A stretch of 64,000 bases of DNA, taken from positions 394,004-458,003 of the forward strand of contig MU006096.1 in NCBI GenBank assembly GCA_010093705.1. Direction: 5' to 3'. Under the pieces are notes generated by a model that did not search any database, was not told the DNA's origin, and worked only from the letters and a program-made list of their open reading frames with translations. A program made the translations under genes and the position numbers. This document shows positions 59,852 through 64,000 of the stretch, piece after piece (the stretch's first letter is position 1; each line of letters starts with the position of its first letter). The stretch is from Patellaria atrata CBS 101060 (lineage: Eukaryota).

Positions 59852-62800
59852 TCAGATATACCACATAGCAACATTGATCTGTCCATCGTTTGGCATCGGC
59901 TTGAGCGGTGTGATCTCAGGAAGCAGGTCCTTGTCGGTACCTTTGGTCGAGGACTTCATCTCTGACTTGATCTGCTCTGCCTCCTTCTTTCCGGAGGAGA
60001 GTAGGACGGTTTCAGTATGAGAGATAGCGCGCTTGGACGCCAAATGAGCATAATAAACGGCCGGAAACATCGAGACTGGGGTTGTAGCGCGAGCATACTG
60101 GTAGGAATGCTCGTAAAGGAGCTGCTGCAACTCTTCATTGGAGATACCGGCTTCGTTCAAAAGGACATGATAGTGGACCGGACGAGCGGTCCCCTTGATC
60201 GCAGAATGAGCATTCAAATAGAAATCCCACTCAAATGGGTGAGTTACTCCCGTCTCCACAAGAGTGCCTGGGACTGGGTTGCCATTGCGATCAGCTCCGG
60301 TGGTTGGAAAGAAGCGCACATGATGGCGCTTGGAAGCAACCACTACCGTGAACTTTGGTGAGACTTTATTGTTCAAGACTAAGCAGAAAGCTTTCATATC
60401 TTTGACCTCCTGGTCAAGAACGTGCGCATATTGGCCTTCAGAAACGCCATCGCGGACGTAGATGATCCTCTGTGGGAGTGCACCCTTTCCAGTAGTAGAT
60501 TTGACCCAGAAATTCAACAGCTTACCGAAAAGCTTGTTGATGTTCTCAGTTGTAACCATTTCGACACGTTGTCCATTGGTCTCAACCTGAGCAGCATATC
60601 GTGTGAAGTCTGGGTTCAATGACATCGTGATGGCAGCCATTGAAGCTTGTTCACTGCCTGGAGATGCGTGTGACACATCCGCACCTACAATCACAGTAGA
60701 GATCTTCGCACTTGGCAACCTTGGGAGAAACTGGCCAACAGCCCTGGTGTTGATGCCACCAAGTTTCACGTTGACCTTAAGGCATACATTGGAAATGTAT
60801 TGCCCCTGGCACTTCTGGACATGCGCAGATTGAAGGCATTGGGATACGACACCATAGCGGCAATCGCACGCGCGCTTAATCATGTTATAGACGTCGGTAT
60901 TCTTGTCAGGAAGAACAAAGAACAGAATCTGTGGGCGAGCCTTGTGCTTGTTGCCAACAGTGTTCCAGATGGTTGTGACCATTTCGATACCTTGACTAAC
61001 TTGGCCAGGAAGGATAGTCGGAACACGCTCAGCGAAACGGCCGCCATGTTGCTTGTCGTACGTATTCACAAATTCTTGGAAGAATCTGGTGCATGAGTTT
61101 GGATCTGCCGCGCCGCGACCTTGGACAACACAAACACCCCACACCTTGATAGGTGTGGTATTAGGCTGGATGAACTTCTTTCCGTCAATTCGCCATCGTC
61201 CGGAAGAAGCTTTAGCACCAGGTTCCTTACCATTGGCAAACATGACGTCGGGTGGTGGGAGGACGCGAGCCTTAACAACGGTCGCTTGGGGTTCGATGTG
61301 CATGCCTGTAGTTCACGATCAGTAGCTATCTAAAAATCTGATGCGCACAATGACTTACCATAATGCTTTAAATGCCTGTCATTCGGCCAGTCAAGCAACT
61401 TCAGCCCAGCATCGATATCAGCCCAACGTTGCGCCGGCAAGGTGACCGCGACCTTGATCATGTTCGCAGTCTGCTTGTCGTCAAGTTTGGTGACCCAACG
61501 CTGGTTTGGAAGTAGAGTCAGGACATCCATAGGAATGACGGAATCCTTTCTTGTCATTTTGACGACTGGGAGAGTGATGTCCACCGCGATATTGTACTTG
61601 GTCATGAAGTAGTCCTTCAGCGTGGTCAACTTCTCGCTCACAACCTCGCCTTTATCGTTACGCAACCGCTCTTTGAACTTGTACTCCGCGCAAGTCTGGG
61701 GAAGGAACTTGTCGATGACATACTCGACCTTGTCAGTTCCTCTATGTTCGACGACAACTCCGAACTTCTTGAATCGCTTCAGGTCGCGATACATCCTGGA
61801 TCTATCCCAACCATCATGAATCGCCTTGCGGAAAGTTGTTCCAAGCTGATCAATTTTAACATTGCAGACTTCAGCCACTGACCGAATCAATTTCTGTGAT
61901 GTAATGAAGACGCAATTGGAAACGTCTACGTTCACCGACATGACTGCTCCGTTCACACCGCGAGCGAGACGCATGGAGGAGAAGACGCCTTTAAACGCTT
62001 CGACTCCGCCACCGAGGAAAGTGCGTGCCTGGCCACGAGAAAAGAATGACTTCTTGATTTGCGTCAGATTCGCAGCTGGACCTTCACGCATCAAGTGGTC
62101 AAGAAAATTGATCGCCTCTAAAATGGCATTGTCGAAGGCAGTCTTTCCTTCGAGGAAAGAGGTGAGAACATCAAACTTGACTACGTTGACATGCTTGATG
62201 CTGATCTTATGGATATTCTTTCCGTGCGAAGGACGACCCTGTTCCTTGTCCATGTCGAGCTTGATGTTGATATCGGGACGCTTCTCGCTGGCCCTGTTGT
62301 ATGTAAGCTCAGCTTCTATTAGGATGAAATTGAGCAACTTACCAAGCGATCTTATTTCCATCAAAGATCCAGCCGTGATCGCCAAGTTCAGCCTGCAAGG
62401 TGCGACTGTTCCAAATCTTCTTGATGAGCTGGCGTTTCTCATTGCCGTTGCCGATGAGTACCTAAAAGGTTAGAAGTTGATTTGAGAGTGAGGACAAAGT
62501 GTACTTACATCGTATTGATGAACGGGCTTCGTTGCAAAGCGGTTGACGGTGAAGGTGTTCAACTTCACGAGGATTTCTCTGCCTTTAGTGTTGAGTGCTT
62601 GACGACGTGGAAGCCTATCGCCAAAGTCAAACTGTGACATGTCAGTCCGAATCCCATCGTTTGATAGTGGTTGATTCGCCATCTTTGCAAAGTCAAGTAA
62701 TGCAAGATTGAAGGTAAAAGGTTGGTTGAGACGAGATATTCAAAGTCAAACAAGTAGAAGAAGAGTGTTGTGGATGATGGTAAAAAGGAGGTGAAACCGT

Positions 62801-63262
62801 TAAGGCCTGCTCTTATATAGACAGAGGGACAGACCGAAAGACGTACAGTAAAGCAGATGGTGAATCATGCTGCATAGAATAATGCATGATGACTATGGAA
62901 CAGCGAAGCAAGTGCTTGGACGATAGAGCATGGGATATAGTTGAACATGATGATGTTCATCATCTAAGGACAGGCAAACCGGATAGAAGACTGGAGTTGT
63001 ATGAAAGGACAAATAACGTGTAGGATGCATGAACCCGGAAGAAATAGAAGAAGAAGTGACTTACACCGCGTGCGAAACTAGATCCGAGTGCACCTAGCTC
63101 TAGACGACGGTTATCTACCGTAATGGCTGCGCTGGCAGGATCTCTGCCGCCATCATATTGGGCAACAGATTGAAATGAGTGCTGATCATCTGAGGGCGTC
63201 TGGGAGGACACATTGGGAGGCACTTGAGTTGGAGTGCCTGGCGGCAGTGACTTTCTCCCCAT
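59852..63262 (-). CDS. Argonaute (PAZ-MID-PIWI; QDE-2-like), multi-exon; 5' end ambiguous (ATG 63262 or 62682, possibly further upstream)
   Basis: GGGVEAFKGVFSS and VNVDVSN (L1), PAZ region YFMTKYNI...VIPMD, QYISNVCLKVNVKLGG, and PIWI motifs VGADVSH, RDGVSEGQ, KRHHVRFF, FYLNAHSAIKGTARPVHY and PAVYYAHLA. Confidence 0.96.
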
Positions 63263-64000
63263 TGTGAGTCGTGACAAGGGACTTGTATGATAGATTAGCT
63301 ACCGAGGTCATCATTGGAAGGAGATGACAAAGATTATCATCAGTGGTGATGCTTGAAAACATGTCATTAGGGTGAACATGGTTGCTTACTTGGGTTTATT
63401 AAGCTGGTAGCCTGCTTTCAACCAAAGCGAAGACTTGAAGCGTAGGAGTGCGTCGCTGTACGTGTGATCGATGTCTCTGAGAGTTCGTAAATTAAGTTAC
63501 TGTGAGACGTCAGTGAGCTGCGACGCGAATGTGAGTCATTTGCAATTAGTTTGGTGAGTAGCTTTGAGAAAGGAAGAACATAAGAGGCACAGAGGGAACT
63601 TGTTGTCCACCAATTAACCGCGAAGGCGCAAGGGCAGATGTAACTGAAAAGGTTTGCTCGCTGAACAAATTTGAGACTGAACAGAGAAACAAGTGCTTCA
63701 GATGGGGTTGGAAAGGTACGAACATGTTTGCGTGAATTGAAACAAGGATTTTCCAAACACCCAGACCAGATGAGCTGGCACAGCAAGACCCGAGTCAGCT
63801 TGTGAGTTGTGATTGCGACAAGCAACTTGAGGAGGCGCTGTTGCGCTTCTTGAAGATTGATGGTTTGCTAGCTAGGCAGAGAAGAACGTGTTGAGGAGTG
63901 AAAGGGGATGATGAAAGAGGAAGATGGAGTGAGGTTTAGGAAAGATGGAGAAGTTGGAAAGGGAGAGGTTTATTTATGTTTACAAGTTCGCCACCGACGC

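Noticed and set aside
61862..62473. 203-aa ORF antisense to Argonaute
   Set aside because: Shadow ORF explained by codon bias. It has a TTG start and no protein motif.

Overview
Intron-containing genomic DNA of a filamentous ascomycete (Pezizomycotina; GT-AG introns with CTRAC branch points). The first ~46 kb is gene-dense housekeeping territory: UBP2, an ASPM-like CH/IQ protein, LDB17, a GH47 mannosidase, a divergent CCT6/NOP56 pair, NUP37, eIF2A, a GNAT, ECO1, a Pro/Ser-rich protein, a VOC/glyoxalase protein, EMG1, an SDR, NoxA and a WSC sensor. The last ~16 kb looks like a defence locus. An RNA-dependent RNA polymerase (+) and an Argonaute with apparently intact slicer residues (-) converge. 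Between them lie a protein with a degenerate HET domain fused to an intact HET-6-like domain, a 241-bp TIR element and two small Cys-containing ORFs. Other notable points are a ~400-nt structured, apparently non-coding minus-strand RNA candidate at ~22.3-22.7 kb, a probable two-promoter arrangement for the Argonaute, and a GC-AG intron plus an in-frame stopless intron in the RdRP. All product calls come from motif recognition by eye. No database searches were run, and exon boundaries are manual.
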